The notes under the pieces: model-generated | Told to the model about the DNA's origin: nothing | The model's input: only the letters and a program-made list of their open reading frames with translations | The model's database searches: none | Shown here: in pieces, positions 1 through 12,421 of the stretch | Layout of the letters: the number at the start of each line of letters is the position of its first letter | Numbering within the stretch: position 1 is the stretch's first letter | Translations under genes and position numbers: made by a program | DNA from: Azolla caroliniana | Taxonomy: Eukaryota; Plantae; Polypodiophyta | Assembly (NCBI GenBank): GCA_043228905.1 | Contig: JBHGNT010000012.1 | Coordinates: 11,532,001-11,596,000, forward strand | Length of the DNA stretch: 64,000 nucleotides | Reading direction: 5' to 3'

Positions 1-177
1 CTGCTCCGCACTAATCAAGGTACCATTCCATGTCTGATACGTAACTAGGTACCAGACTGGCATAGCTTTCCGGATTGTGACACGGTCCTCCCTTCCCACC
101 TATTCAGACTCCTTGGTCTGAGATCCTGGTGGTTCCCTCCTATTTCTACGCATCCATGCGGAAAACCGCAACATCTT

Positions 178-194
178 TGGTGAGCTCGACGTGA
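178..194 (+). promoter_or_regulatory. Primer-binding site, degenerate tRNA-Trp type
   Basis: TGGTGAGCTCGACGTGA, 2 mismatches to TGGTGAACCCGACGTGA, 4 nt after an LTR-ending CA. Confidence 0.7.
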
Positions 195-750
195 AAAGGG
201 CGGTAGAGGAGTCCGAAGATGAGAGGAAGCAAAATCGTTGAAGCCATGGCAGCGACTGTCGACCACCTAAACGCTCGAGAGCGAGCGCCCTCTACAGGGT
301 TGTTGAATCGATAGTCGTCACGATAGGCCATTTCAATGGACAACATGTGACTAGCTACCTAGATACCAACCGGGCTAAGCTGATGATGAGGGACATACCA
401 GAGGTCAGACGGCTTGCCGGATTCCCTCAAGTCGTTACGCAGAGCATCCACGCCGAGGTGCTCGAGGTGCGAGCAAACTGTCGTAACTGGGTAGAATTCG
501 AGAGGCAGCTCCTCGAAAGGTATGGTTTCGACGACTCCCTCTGGTTGTCGAAGAAGGACTTTATGGATTAGGTGAAGAGACCCGACAAGGGATGGAAAAT
601 GTCAGCTCTGCTTTAGAAGTTCGAAAAGCGGTTCGTGAGACTCTCGACGCTAGACCGGACCGCGCTCGCGGATGAAATGAGACAGTGGATCGAGTCGGGA
701 ATGGCACCGACCAATGTGGTCGCAGGACCATCTGAGCGCAACTCTTGATG

Positions 751-1072
751 TGTAAGGGGAAGACAACTACAACCTAACCTCCGCAGGGTGTAGCACCCAA
801 CGCGTACTTACCTTGTGTGTACTGCAAAACAGTCTTGTACAAAGAACGAGAAATGGAAACAAGAGACCAATAGATAGAATACCAAGATTAGAGAGATAAA
901 CTATATTAAAATGGCGCTCTCATAATACGCTAGCTTTTTACAATAGTCTCTCGCCCCTTATCTACACAGGGCTTCTAATCGATTACGCTCCCTGCGTAAA
1001 ATCGTTACACGCGTTACTTTAACGCTCCTAATATACTACTCTATTTTTCATGTGTTATGTCCGGCGGTTACA
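751..1072. repeat. Orphan (solo-like) LTR interrupting the gag remnant
   Basis: TGTAA...TTACA termini and an AT-rich interior between gag-like flanks. Flanks (TGATG / ATTCC) do not form a TSD. Confidence 0.55.
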
Positions 1073-2477
1073 ATTCCGGCGGACAACAAAAATCTCCACA
1101 TTGCGCAAGCATGGAGGGATGGCGGGGGTCAATCGCGCGACCAGAGGCCGCCGTTCGACCAGAGGTGCATGTGGTGCGACGTTGTCGGCCACATCCGGAG
1201 GGACTGTGCTGATTTCGCAGAGGTGCTTAAGAGTAACTTGGAGTACCTTTGGAATGGTCGGGTACACGCCAGCGATACGTGAAGGGCCTTGGAGGTAAAT
1301 ACTGGCTGCGGTGGAATGAAAAGGGTAATGGAGGAAGCTGCGGCGCGGCACACCGAAACCATCCACTATTTGGCATCCACCGGGATCCGGGTAGGACGGG
1401 ATAGGAGTGTCGGCTCCGAATTCTGGCCACTAGTGTTGGGAGGCCTGTCAAGGGCAATACTAGGAAAGGAAGAGGCGGACCTTGTGGAGAAGCGGGTCTA
1501 GGAAGTCACCGGGTGGAGCGACCCGGTCGAAAAAAGATTGGCTTCATGGAGGTTGCTTGCCAGAACTACGAAGTTTTGGTAGAGGACAAATGGGCCGGGA
1601 AAAGTGGAGGAGTCAAACTGTCTAACCGGTATGATACCCGTAGTGCGCAGAAGAAGAGTGACGGAGGTCCGACAGGCCCATGGGATGGGACGAAGCTGAC
1701 GAGCTTCCGGTTAAGCTCGGAGATAGAGAGGGTGATGGACCTACGGAAGTTCTTCGAGGAGTGGATCCTCGTGGGCGAAAACGCGGATGAGGGTGAGGAT
1801 CTGGGAGAGGACCTGATCAACGACGACCCGGTAAGGGACGCGTAAAGTCTGAGTCACAATCTCCACCACTTCACTACTTGGCACATGTCGGAGGATGTGC
1901 AGTTTGGTGGGGGTGGATGTCGTCAAGGATTCCGGCTAAAGAGGGAAACGGAGCGAGACGCACGAGAATGGTTGTTTACACGGATGTACAAAGTTTAGCC
2001 TTTATGTGTGAAACATGTAATAACATTGGACTAGTAATTACTAGGTAGTAGGGTTAATGGGCACTTTAAAGACCCGCACGAATAAAGAGGAATGTGGGAG
2101 TTTGACATTATGGAATCGAGGAAAATATCTATCGGAAGCTGCTGATTTAACTATCTGATGTAACAGCTCTCTCTCCCCTTGGGCTAAAAGGAGGGAGAAA
2201 AGACTGAGAAAGGGATCCAGAAATTAGGAGGAGGAAGTGTTGTCGGATTGAGCGTCAAGTTCTCTACCTCTCTCTCTCTTCCCGTCTTGTGCTCTGCACC
2301 GTTTCGAACAAGGAGTGGAAGCCTCTGCTCTCGCTTGCAGCTCGCGTGTTCCCGAGCAAAGATTCTTTGTCTTGTCTCCCTGTGTGTGTCTATGTGTGTC
2401 TCTCCTGAGAAGGAGCTCCAAGTAACCAACCGGTACAAAACCCCGCGCGTACCGTAGGACCTGCCCCGGGTACAACA

Positions 2478-5400
2478 GACAATGCCGAATCTAGCAATGC
2501 ACGGAAAGCCTACTGCTACTACTGCCGACAGGAAGGCCATTATAGTAACCAGTGCCCGGTAAAGAGCTATGAAAAACGACCGGCGGTAAATATGGTAGTC
2601 CCTGAGGTGGCAGACCTGCAGCAGGTGACCACAAGGTCGAAGGGCATGGCCAAAGAATGGGAGACATAGGAGACCATACGGAAACAAGCAACGGAATGGG
2701 TAAAGAAAGCAAACGAGCAGAATGTCACAGACTTACAGCAGCAAAAGGAGAACACCGCAGGGCTTGCCGGCAGTAGTCACTCCGAGAACGAGACATGGCA
2801 GGCGTTGCAAGAATGCCAGATTACGTTACCACTAGGAAGACTCCTACAACTCGTGCCAAGATTCACGGAAGGACTGAAGACGGCCATGACGGCAGGAGAA
2901 CCATCACCGGCACCGGTACTCTTCTCGAATCCGGAGGAGGGACCAACAGTGGTAGACACCAGCAGTCCGGTAATCACTGCCATTGTAAAAGGGAAAGAAC
3001 TCCCTGGCACAGTTATAGGCGGAGGCTCTGGGGTAAATGTAATAAGCCTCCGGACGTGTGATGACCTAGGAATCCACGAGTGGGAGCCATGTCCGTTCTG
3101 GTTGCGGATGGGCGATACAAGCTCAGTGCGGCCGACAGGATTAATACGGAAATTAGAAGTCACCGTCGGCGGGCATACATTTCACATCTCGGCCGTAGTG
3201 CTACAATTATAGGCACAAGGCGCATACCCGCTATTGATGGGGTGGCCATGGTTGAAAACGGCACATATCAAACAGAATTGGCGAAAAAATATAATTACCT
3301 TCCGGCGAGGAAAAGCCAAGGTACGGGTACCAACACAGCCAAGGACGAGCACTGGCAAGGAATGTACACCGTTGTATGCAGAATGCATCAACATGCTCGA
3401 AGGGTTAGCGGACGAAGAAGAAGCTCAATACCTACAGGAAAACCCGAAGATCATACCCCTCTTTGAAATTGACATTGCCGAAGCCGTAGCACCGTACTTA
3501 CCGCAACCGGAAGAACCGGATAAAGACGCAATCCGGGAGTTACGACAAGCGCAGGAAGCGTTGGAACGGGAAATGGCCGTTTCACAGCGCGTAAAAGCAT
3601 CGCAACTGGAAGAGGTGAATTTAGGCACCACGGACGAAGCAAAACCGGTGCACATCGCCAAGGAGATGAAGTCCGGAGACAAAAGGGCGATGATAACACT
3701 TCTCACGGAATTTCGCGACGTATTCGCCTGGTCATACGAAGACATGCGAGGACTCGACCCTCAGTTATACCAGCATCAAGTGCACTTGAGCAAGGACGCA
3801 AAACCAGTGGCACAAAGAAGGTACCGGATGAATCCCAATTATGCTGCCAAGGTCAAGGAAGAAATCGACAAACTGCTAAGAGTTGGCTTTATCCGTCCGG
3901 TAAAGAAAGCGACATGGCTAAGCCCGATCGTAGTCGTACCGAAGAAGAACAGAAAAATTCGAGTTTGTGTGGACAACCGGAAACTCAATGCGGCTACGGT
4001 AACGGATGCGTTTCCACTTCCGTTCACAGATGGAGTGTTGGATGCCGTCGCCGGCCACGAGGTCTATAGCTTCCTAGACGGATTCAACGGGTATAATCAG
4101 ATCCGGATGCACCCCGACGACCAAGAGAAAACGGCATTCGTCACCGAATGGGGGTGTTTGTGGCCGTGGTGATGATGTTCGGACTCAAAACGGCACCGGC
4201 AACATTTCAACGAATCATCATGGAAATCTTTGGTGAATATATTCCGGCTTTTATGCAGGTTTTCCTTGACGATTTCGCCGTCTATAGCCGGGAGGAGGAC
4301 CATTTTCAGCACCTCCGTCTTTGTCTAGAAAAGTGTAGAGCGTACCGGCTAAGCTTGAATCCGGCAAAGTGTGTATTTGGCGTGTCCAGTGGAACTTTAT
4401 TAGGACATATTGTGAGCCAGGAAGGTATTGCAGTCGACTCGGACAAAGTGAAAGCCATATTAGAAGCACTGGCGCCGGCAACGGCAAAGGCATTAAGCCG
4501 GTTCTTAGGCCAGATCCGGTGGCACAGCCGGATGCTCCGATACTTGGCCGACCTAGCTACACCGTTACATGCCGCCATACATCGGACACCATTCCAGTAG
4601 ACCGATACTAAGGATAGGGCGTATAAGGCCCTCAAGGTACTATTGTCGCAGGCACCGGTAGTACAACCTTCGGATTGGAGTAAAGAATTTCATGTGTTCG
4701 TGGACGCCTCCGACATCGCAATCGGAAGCGTACTGATGCAGCTTATGGAACCAAAGTGGTACCGGCCAGAAGCTATCCCAAACAGAACGGAACTACTCTA
4801 CTACGGAACGGGAAGCTCTAGGAATGATCTACAGTGTGACAAAGTTTCGGCACTATTTATTGGGAAGGAAGTTTTCCTTCCATGTAGATCATTCGGCACT
4901 CCTTTACCTGGTGTCCAAGGCGTCACTCACCGGCAAATTGGCCCGGTGGACCTTATTGTTACAGGAGTTCGAGTTTGAAATATTCCACCGACCCGGTATA
5001 CAGCATGCCGTAGCAGATTACTTAAGCTGATTGGAGTCCGGAGAGACGGGTGACGGAGTACCGGATGAGTTTCCAGATGCGGAGCTGTTTCGAGTCACTA
5101 CGGAGACGGCAGCAGATGAGACAGTGGCCTAGGAAGATAAGTGGCTCACAAATATGCACCAGTTTCTGAGCACAGGACTGCCTCCGGAAGAGCTGAACCG
5201 GGACGAACGGAAACGCCTGGCGGTACAAAGCCGACATTTCTGCTTACTGCAAGACACACTGTACCACAAGGGCGCTGACGGCATATGGAGACGGGCGGTG
5301 CGTAGCGATGAAAAGGAACTGATACTGAGGGAAGCCCACTGCGGAGTTGCCGGAGGTCACTATGCCGGAGATGCGACTGCCAGAAAAATATGGCAAAGTG

Positions 5401-6728
5401 GCCTATGGTGGCCAATGACATTAAGAGATGCGGTACGGTACGCAAAAGAATGTGACCTATGCTAGAGAATGGGCCAGCCAACGGAGCAGGCTCGTATGCC
5501 ACACCAGCTGGTACTACCACTCGAGCCATTCCAAAAGTGGGGGCTGGACTTTGTAGGACCGTTCAAGCCACCGGCAATGAGAACAGGTAATCGGTACGTT
5601 ATCGTTGCTACGGATTACTGCACGAAATGGGTGGAGGCCAAAGCTTTACGGGATAACACCATTGCGTCAATGGCAAAGTTTCTATATGAGTACATCTGGT
5701 GCCGTTACGGATGCCCCATTGAATTGATAAGTGACCAAGGGGGGCACTTTCTCGGACAAGTAGTGGAAAGCCTAACGAACTTCTATGTCATGGTCCACAA
5801 ACGAAGCACACCTTACTATCCACAGGCGAACGGATTAGCGGAATCAACAAACAAGACGCTCCAGAACATCCTTCGGAAGATCGTCAACGAGAACCGGACG
5901 GATTGGGACACAAAGCTACATAGCGCGTTTTGGGCATACTGGACGGCATACAAAACGAGCATCCGAACAGCACCGTTCCAGTTGGCGTTCGGACTCGAGG
6001 CGGTCATGCCGGTAGAATTTCAAGTACCTAGCTTACGGATCCAGCTACGAGAATGGCTGAACGAGAAGGAGTCGGAGACAATAAGGTTGACATCGCTATG
6101 TGAGTTGGAGGAACAACGGTTGGCCAACATCCTACATTTAGAATTGGAGCAACGGCGACGGAAAGCATTCGTCGACCGGCACAGGAAAGGTAACGAAAAA
6201 ATGTTCGCAATCGGCAAACTAGTGTTAGTATTCCAAACCCGGATGGGCAAGATGTCGGGTAAACTAAGGTTTAGATGGACCGGACCATATTGGCTAACAC
6301 GGGAGTATAATGGGTCCTACCAGTTGGGGACACTTGCCGGCGAAGTGCTGGGCAAATGGGTCAACGGATTCTGGTTAAAAGCATATAGAGGACCGATGCC
6401 TAAGAACCCGTTTGAGCAAAGGACCAACGACAACCGTCGCCGGCTGAGGGCCAGCCGGGAACCAGTCAACCGGAGACCACTACGACGCAGGGAGCAACGA
6501 CAAGAGACGCCGGTGTCAGAGCCACAAACGGAGGAGCAGCCGGAGCAACCACCAACGGACCCGCCGCAACAGACAGCAACAGAGCAGCAACAGCAACAAC
6601 AACAACAACCACTTCTAGATGAACCATTGGAGCCTCTCGAACAAAGCATTCTGGACATTTTGGACGAAGAATAGCAAGGGTTGGTTGTGGATTCGACGTA
6701 CAAGGTACTGTCCCACGGGCGTGCCATG
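2478..6728 (+). pseudogene. Ty3/Gypsy gag-pol (non-chromovirus type), disrupted by stops and frameshifts
   Basis: Knuckle CYYCRQEGHYSNQCP. Protease site (I)GGGSGVNVIS with the catalytic Asp lost. RT WLSPIVVVPKK, FLDGFNGYNQI, MFGLKTAPATFQR, FLDD. RNase H FVDASDIAIG. Integrase H..GH..C..C, KWGLDFVGP, ISDQG, YPQANGLAE, WTGPY. No chromodomain. Confidence 0.93.
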
Positions 6729-7095
6729 TGTTACCGGCCGGCAAAGGAGTCCAGAGTGGGAAACGGAGAGCTAATTAAGTAGTAGGAATGTGGTTGTAAT
6801 TAAGCTATGAGTGTGGACGGACGGACCGGAAACGGTATGCCGTTCCGGATCCGGACCGATCCCGAACAGGTGCGGATGGCACCGTTTTGTAATACAGACC
6901 GGAAACCTATTTAAAGGCCCGGATACAATGTAATAGTTAGCGGTTTATTAATGAAAGCTTAAGCGTTGTTATCTCTCTGTGTTAATTGCCGTTCTATCTT
7001 AATTGTTATATCTTACGCGTGTTGTGAAGACGAGCCTAATAAGTAACTTAATTAAGTCGGATTAAGCGTTGAAGTCTAATCCGGTTGCCGTAACA
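6729..7095 (+). repeat. LTR, 367 bp
   Basis: TGTTAC...GTAACA termini, internal TATTTAAA, followed by CCCTT-TGGTGAA (PBS-like start). No PPT upstream and no TSD. Confidence 0.7.
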
Positions 7096-7149
7096 CCCTT
7101 TGGTGAAGTGTCTCCCGTAGACACCCTGTGTTAGGCCATTGTCCGGCAG

Positions 7150-8326
7150 GCATCATCATAGTGCTCTAACACTCGAAGGCACGGTGATCCATCAAGGACA
7201 TAAAGGAGATTCTTGTAGAAAAGTAAGTTATCTTGCCACTTGAACTCCTTATAGCGTCGAGATGTCCCTGGAAATGTGGAGCAAAATGCATAATTTGGAC
7301 CAAGGTGGACAAAGACATCCTTAGCAAAATCATCAGATTGAAGTTGTTGTCGAATAGTATCAAGAAGACTTGAATCCAATGGCGTGGCACAAACCGTGGT
7401 TGCTTGTAGTTTTGCTAGACCAACGAGAACTTGCCTTTGATTGTTGAAAGTTGGATGTCCAGGGCGAAGTGCCAAATATGAGCGACAAGATAGAGCATCT
7501 ACTTTCCCTTGTTGTTTCCCTGGGTAGAAAATGATCTTGAAATCAAAATGAGTTGAAAATTGCGCCCACCAAGCTTGTCACCTATCTAGCACTCGAGTCG
7601 TCTGAAAATATGTAAGATTTTTGTGGTCACTATAAATGATGATTTGATGAGGCGAACCTTCCAAGCAATGTCACCATTACGCAAACGAGTCGGCCACAAC
7701 TAGTAACTCTTTGTCATGGACCTCGTAGTTGATCTCCACAAAATTAAATTTTTTTGAGTGAAACGCGACTGGATGCAACTAACCATCTTCACCTAGCTGC
7801 GATAGGATGCTCCCCAATGCAAAGTCGGATGCGTCTGCCTCAATGATAAATGGCTTTTACGGATCAACATGAGCTAAGACAAGAGCTAATGTGAATGCCT
7901 CTTTCAACTGAGTAAAGGCTTTGTCTGCTTCATGAGTCCAAACAAATGCTGGATTTCTCTTTGTGAGTTGAGTGAGCGGCAATACAATCTTCGAATAATT
8001 CCATATGAATTTTCAATACAAGTTGGCAAATCCAAGGAAACACTGGACATCGCGGACGGAACTTGGAGTATGCCATTGCAATATTGTTTAAACTTTCGCT
8101 AGATCCATGAAGATACCTTTGGATGAAATGGTATCACCCAAGGACTCAACTTCTTTGCAATAAAATTTCCACTTCTCCAGTTTGGCATAAAGACCATACT
8201 ATCTTAAGCATTGGAGTACCTTCTGCACATGTATATCATGCTTCGTCTGTGTTCTAGAGTAAATCAATAGATCATCTAAATAGATGATGAGAAAGATATC
8301 TAGAAAATCTCGGAAAATGTCATTTT
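7150..8326 (-). pseudogene. Ty3/Gypsy chromovirus (Tcn1-like) RT-RNaseH fragment
   Basis: Minus strand reads [72 protein letters not shown], with many stops. Confidence 0.85.
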
Positions 8327-8941
8327 TGTTAGGAAACAGGTCCCTCCGGATGGTGAAGACCCGGTGAGAACCGGATGAAGAGTACCCGGCTACGGAGAGC
8401 CGGATGGTGCAGACCCGGTGAGAACTGGATGTCGAGTACCCGACAAGCGCCGGATGATGCAGGCCCGGTGAGGAGTAGTCACCGGATGAAGAGACATATT
8501 CGTAAATATGTTTCTAAGAGTCCATCGTGGCTATATTTGTAAATAGTCGAAAAGTCATATTAGTATAAATATGATTTAGGGCAAACTTTAGTTCTGAGAG
8601 TTGTTGTCATTCTTGTTCTGCGTAAGATCAGAACGCGTAACTGTGTACAAAGAGAGAGAGAGAAACGAAGAGGTTGTTGCCTCTGTTGTAACCGCCGCCT
8701 GTGGCGAAGATAGAAAGCTCAAGGTTGTTGCCTCGGTGCTTTACTGTTATACACTGTAACATAGTGATAGTTTGCAGCCTATGGGCTGCCGTGGTTTTTT
8801 CCCTAGCTTGGGTTTTTTCCACGTAAACATCCTGTGTACTCTTCTCTTCACTGTGTCGTGCATTCATTCCCCATTTTCTGTGTTTTATTCTAAGCTCGGT
8901 TGTGGCCGAGTGTTGTTCATCGGAGCGTGTAGTTCCTGTCA
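8327..8941 (+). repeat. Family A 5' LTR containing about 2.5 copies of the 54-bp satellite unit
   Basis: 8368-8418 reads GAACCGGATGAAGAGTACCCGGCTACGGAGAGCCGGATGGTGCAGACCCGG, near-identical to the array monomer. TATAAAT near 8564. Confidence 0.92.
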
Positions 8942-11141
8942 AAGTGGTATCAGAGTGAAACGACACAGAAGATAGACGAATCGTTGGGCGGCATGTTCAA
9001 GATCACTGGCTCCAACTATTCAGTGTGGAAGTCGAAGATGAGGGACATGCTTGTGGTTAAAGATCTTTGGTTGCCAGTTCAGTTTGGGGACAAGAGACCG
9101 GACAAGATTGACACCACGATATGGGAGGTGATGCACACGGTGCTTCATCAACATGAGCCTATACAACAACTTCAATGAAGAGAGTAAGGCTCATGAGCTC
9201 TGGGAGAAGATTGACATTATGTTTCAAAACAAAAATGTTGTTAACCAGGTTTCGGTATTCTGGAAGCTAGTAAGACTCCGGTACCAAGATGGCTCCAGCA
9301 TGGCGGAGCACAAGAATGCCTTCTAGGGGCTGATCCACTAGGCAACATCATTGGAAGTACCTCTCGCCGATGAGGTACTAGCGCTACTCCTGCTCGGTTC
9401 CCTCCCGGATAGCTGGGAGACGTTGGTTGTCACTTTGGGCAACGCCGAGCCGGAAGGAAAACGGTTATCCCTACCAAGAGTGAAGTCGAGCTTGCTAGAT
9501 GAGGAGGAGCATCGGAAAGATAAGGATACGAGATCCAACTCCAAAGTGCTCCTTACCGAATCGGAACGCGGAAGACAAAGGAACTGTAGTCCCCAGAACC
9601 GGGAGAAGTCGGGGACACGGTCAAAGTCAAGGGGGAGGCCTACTTGCTTCTATTGCGGCAACCTGGGACACTTCCAGAAGAACTGTTGGCATTTCCGGAA
9701 AGACAAGGAAACCGACGGTACTGAATCGAAGCGGACACCGGACCGGAACGGTAAAGACCGGAGGGGGCTGGACCGGAAGGGAACGACAGCAATCGCGGCA
9801 AGTGAAGAAGAGTTGATGCTCATCACTGAGGAGAGTGAGATATACCTTGCCGGCGATGAGATGACCTGGGTGGTCGACTCCGGAGCGTCGTTCCACCTTA
9901 CCGCGGACCGGAGATGCTTCTCATCCTACACAGCTGGTGATCACGGTTGTGTCTGGATGGGGAATGAAGGTACATGTCGAATTGTCGGCATAGGAGACGT
10001 GTGGCTGACAACACCAACCGGATGCAAGTTGTTGTTGAAGGATGTCTGACACGTTCCGGAGGTTCGTCTGAGCCTGATATCAGCCGGTCGGCTAGATGAT
10101 GAAGGCTACACGGGTAGCATCCGGAACGATGTTATGAAGTTCAGCAACGGGAGCCTGATTGTGGCTCGGGCCCGGAAGGTAAACACACTGTACCTGATGA
10201 ATGCCCAGTTATGTCTGGAAGAAGTGAACGTGGCATCCAACACTGCCAGTGAGCTGTGGCACAAGAGGTTGTGTCACATGAGCGAGAAGGGGATGAAGAG
10301 GCTTGCAGACGACAACCTCATTCCAGTGAAGAACCTGCACTTGGAGAAGTGCACTGATTGTCTGGCCGGAAAGCAAAACCGGACCTCCTTCCGATCGAGG
10401 CCACCGATGAGACATAATGCACCGCTAGAGTTGGTGCATACTGATGTGTGTCAAGTGGACACGAAGTCACATGCCAGATCGCAGTACTTCGTGACGTTCA
10501 TAGATGATCACAACCGGAAGCTGTGGGCCACACCGTTGAAGACGAAGGATCAGGTGCTATCCATCTTCAAAGAGCTCCACGCGAGAGTGGAAAGAGAAAC
10601 CGGCCGGAAGCTGAAGGCGGTTCGAGCAGATAACGAAGGAGAATATTGGGGGCAGTTCGAGCAGTACTGTCACTCGAAGGGAATCCGGCTCGAATTTACC
10701 GTGCCGAAGACGCCGGAACTAAACGGGCTGGCCGTGAGGATGAATCGAACTATAATGGAGAGGGTCCGGAGTATGCTGGCACATGCAAAACTACCCAAGA
10801 AGTTTTGGGCTGAGGCACTGTCGACGGCGACATATATGATAAATAGATCACCCTCAATACCCTTGGACGAAGACACGCCACAAAGAGTCTGGACCGGTAA
10901 GGAAGTGTCCTACCGGCATCTGAAGATATTCGGGTGTATTGCGTATGTGCATGTAGCTAAGGACCGGAGAGGAAAACTAGATCCGAAGACCCGGTCATGC
11001 ATATTCCTCGGTTACGGTGAGGATGAGTTCGGCTACCGAGTGTGGGACCCGGTCGACAAGAAGGTATTCCGGAGTCGAGATATTATCTTCATGGAAGACA
11101 AGACGCTCGCCGACTGGGAGTCGGAGAAGAAGATAATGAAC
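8327..11141 (+). mobile_element. Ty1/Copia family A copy 1 (5' LTR, gag, protease, integrase); truncated by insertion of B1
   Basis: LTR 8327-8941 (TGTTAGG...CTGTCA), PBS TGGTATCAGAG at 8945. Gag GSNYSVWKSKMRDML, LLGSLPDSWE, CFYCGNLGHFQKNC. Protease WVVDSGASFH. Integrase LWHKRLCH, VHTDV, FIDD, TPELNG, FWAEA. Tnt1-like. Confidence 0.93.
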
Positions 11142-11857
11142 TGTTGAGAGACAATCTCAACATCGGCCGGATCGGCTGAAGAAGCCGAGGACCGGATTGG
11201 TTGGGACCGATCGGTTACGCCGAGTGCGTAAACCGGGAGGTCGTTAGGAAAGATATTCCGTGAGGAATATATTTGGGAGTTAGTGTAGGAGCTCTTTATG
11301 AGCATTGAAGTACTGTCAGTACTTCAGTCAGTCCTTCTAGGACTTGTATAAAAGTGTTCACTGAGCACGTCTTATGTACAGACTGAGCACTATTATTGAA
11401 TATAGTATTTTTTGTGTTTCTCTCTCTGTCTCTCCTGTGTACACCGTGTAAGCTCAAGCTCTCCATTAAACCTGAGTTTCCTCCCTTCTGTTCGGTCTTC
11501 ATACTTGCTTCCGCACGTTTCTTTTTACATGGTATCAGAGTGCGAGGGTTGAGAACCTCTCTGCAGCCGGCACAGCTTGACGAAGAAGAACAAGAACAAC
11601 GATGGATAGAGGCATGGTGAGCTCGCTTCCAACAGAGAAGCTCGACAGAACCAACTACGCGTCTTGGTCCTACAAGATGCACCAGTACCTGCTCGGGCAC
11701 GACTACTGGAGTTATGTCGAAGGAGCTAATGACGCGGTGTCGTGACGATTTTCGGCTACGGTGTGAAACCGAGTGAGACGAATAAACCAAGGATGTGCAA
11801 CATTGCACATGCACTTAGCAAATAAACCTAGCCTAGTGGCACTTGAGTTCATACAGA

Positions 11858-11930
11858 GGGGTGCAAGCAAGGATTGAACCTTGCACCTCTAACATACAAG
11901 ATAATTGCCTTACCACTAGGACAACTATCA
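11858..11930 (-). promoter_or_regulatory. tRNA-derived A-box/B-box module inside the LTR of X (second copy 14730-14802)
   Basis: Minus strand TGTCCTAGTGGTAAGGC (D-arm/A-box-like) ... GCAAGGTTCAATCCTTGC (T-arm/B-box-like) at tRNA spacing. No acceptor stem. Confidence 0.55.
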
Positions 11931-12382
11931 TATAGTGTAGATTGTATGTATTTCCTTTTGATATACAAATTATAGACGAAACTACCATAGAAAACCATGT
12001 GCACAAAACCATGGTTTTAAACCCATGGTTTGTGCATGACATAAGCAAAACCGTGTGCACAAAACCATGGTTTTAGCCCATAGTTTTGTGCATGTCACGA
12101 GCATGGAAAGACCTATAAAAGCCTCTAGTTGGGCTTGTGTAAGGGGGGCTCAATATGTGATATCACCAACACCATTATCATCAATATAATATTTGTCTTT
12201 ATCTTCTTCATATTTTTCTACTTCTCAAGTGTACAATTTTCTTCTTCTCAAGTAAACCATTTTCATTTAATCTTACATTGATCGTCATCTAGCATCGATA
12301 ATTCCGCGATCATCCTCCCCAGTCCAAGACCCCGGTGGTCGCTCGAGTAGCACACGCACGCGCGAATCTTCGCGACATCATT

Positions 12383-12399
12383 TGGTGAACCCGACGTGA
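12383..12399 (+). promoter_or_regulatory. Primer-binding site complementary to the tRNA-Trp(CCA) 3' end
   Basis: TGGTGAACCCGACGTGA is the reverse complement of TCACGTCGGGTTCACCA, the plant cytosolic tRNA-Trp 3' end as I recall it. Confidence 0.8.
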
Positions 12400-12421
12400 A
12401 GAGCAGCAGGGGAGGACGAAG

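Larger units (their letters stand above)
1..2477 (+). mobile_element. Pol-less gag-only LTR element (chimeric), tRNA-Trp primed, inserted in the gag of the downstream Gypsy
   Basis: LTR end ...CCGCAACA at 173, then TGGTGAGCTCGACGTGA PBS. Gag remnant (HFNGQHVTSYL...WVEFERQLLERYG) is homologous to ORF 12422. CCHC knuckle CMWCDVVGHIRRDC near 1167. GGTGGGGGTGGA then LTR TGTCGT...ACAACA at 1918-2477. No RT or integrase. Confidence 0.7.

Noticed and set aside
6400-6674. Poly-Q host gene fragment
   Set aside because: It is continuous with the Gypsy integrase ORF and is a low-complexity retroelement tail.
11858-11930. Functional tRNA gene
   Set aside because: No acceptor stem, poor anticodon stem and a 6-nt T-loop. 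Kept only as a tRNA-derived promoter-like module.
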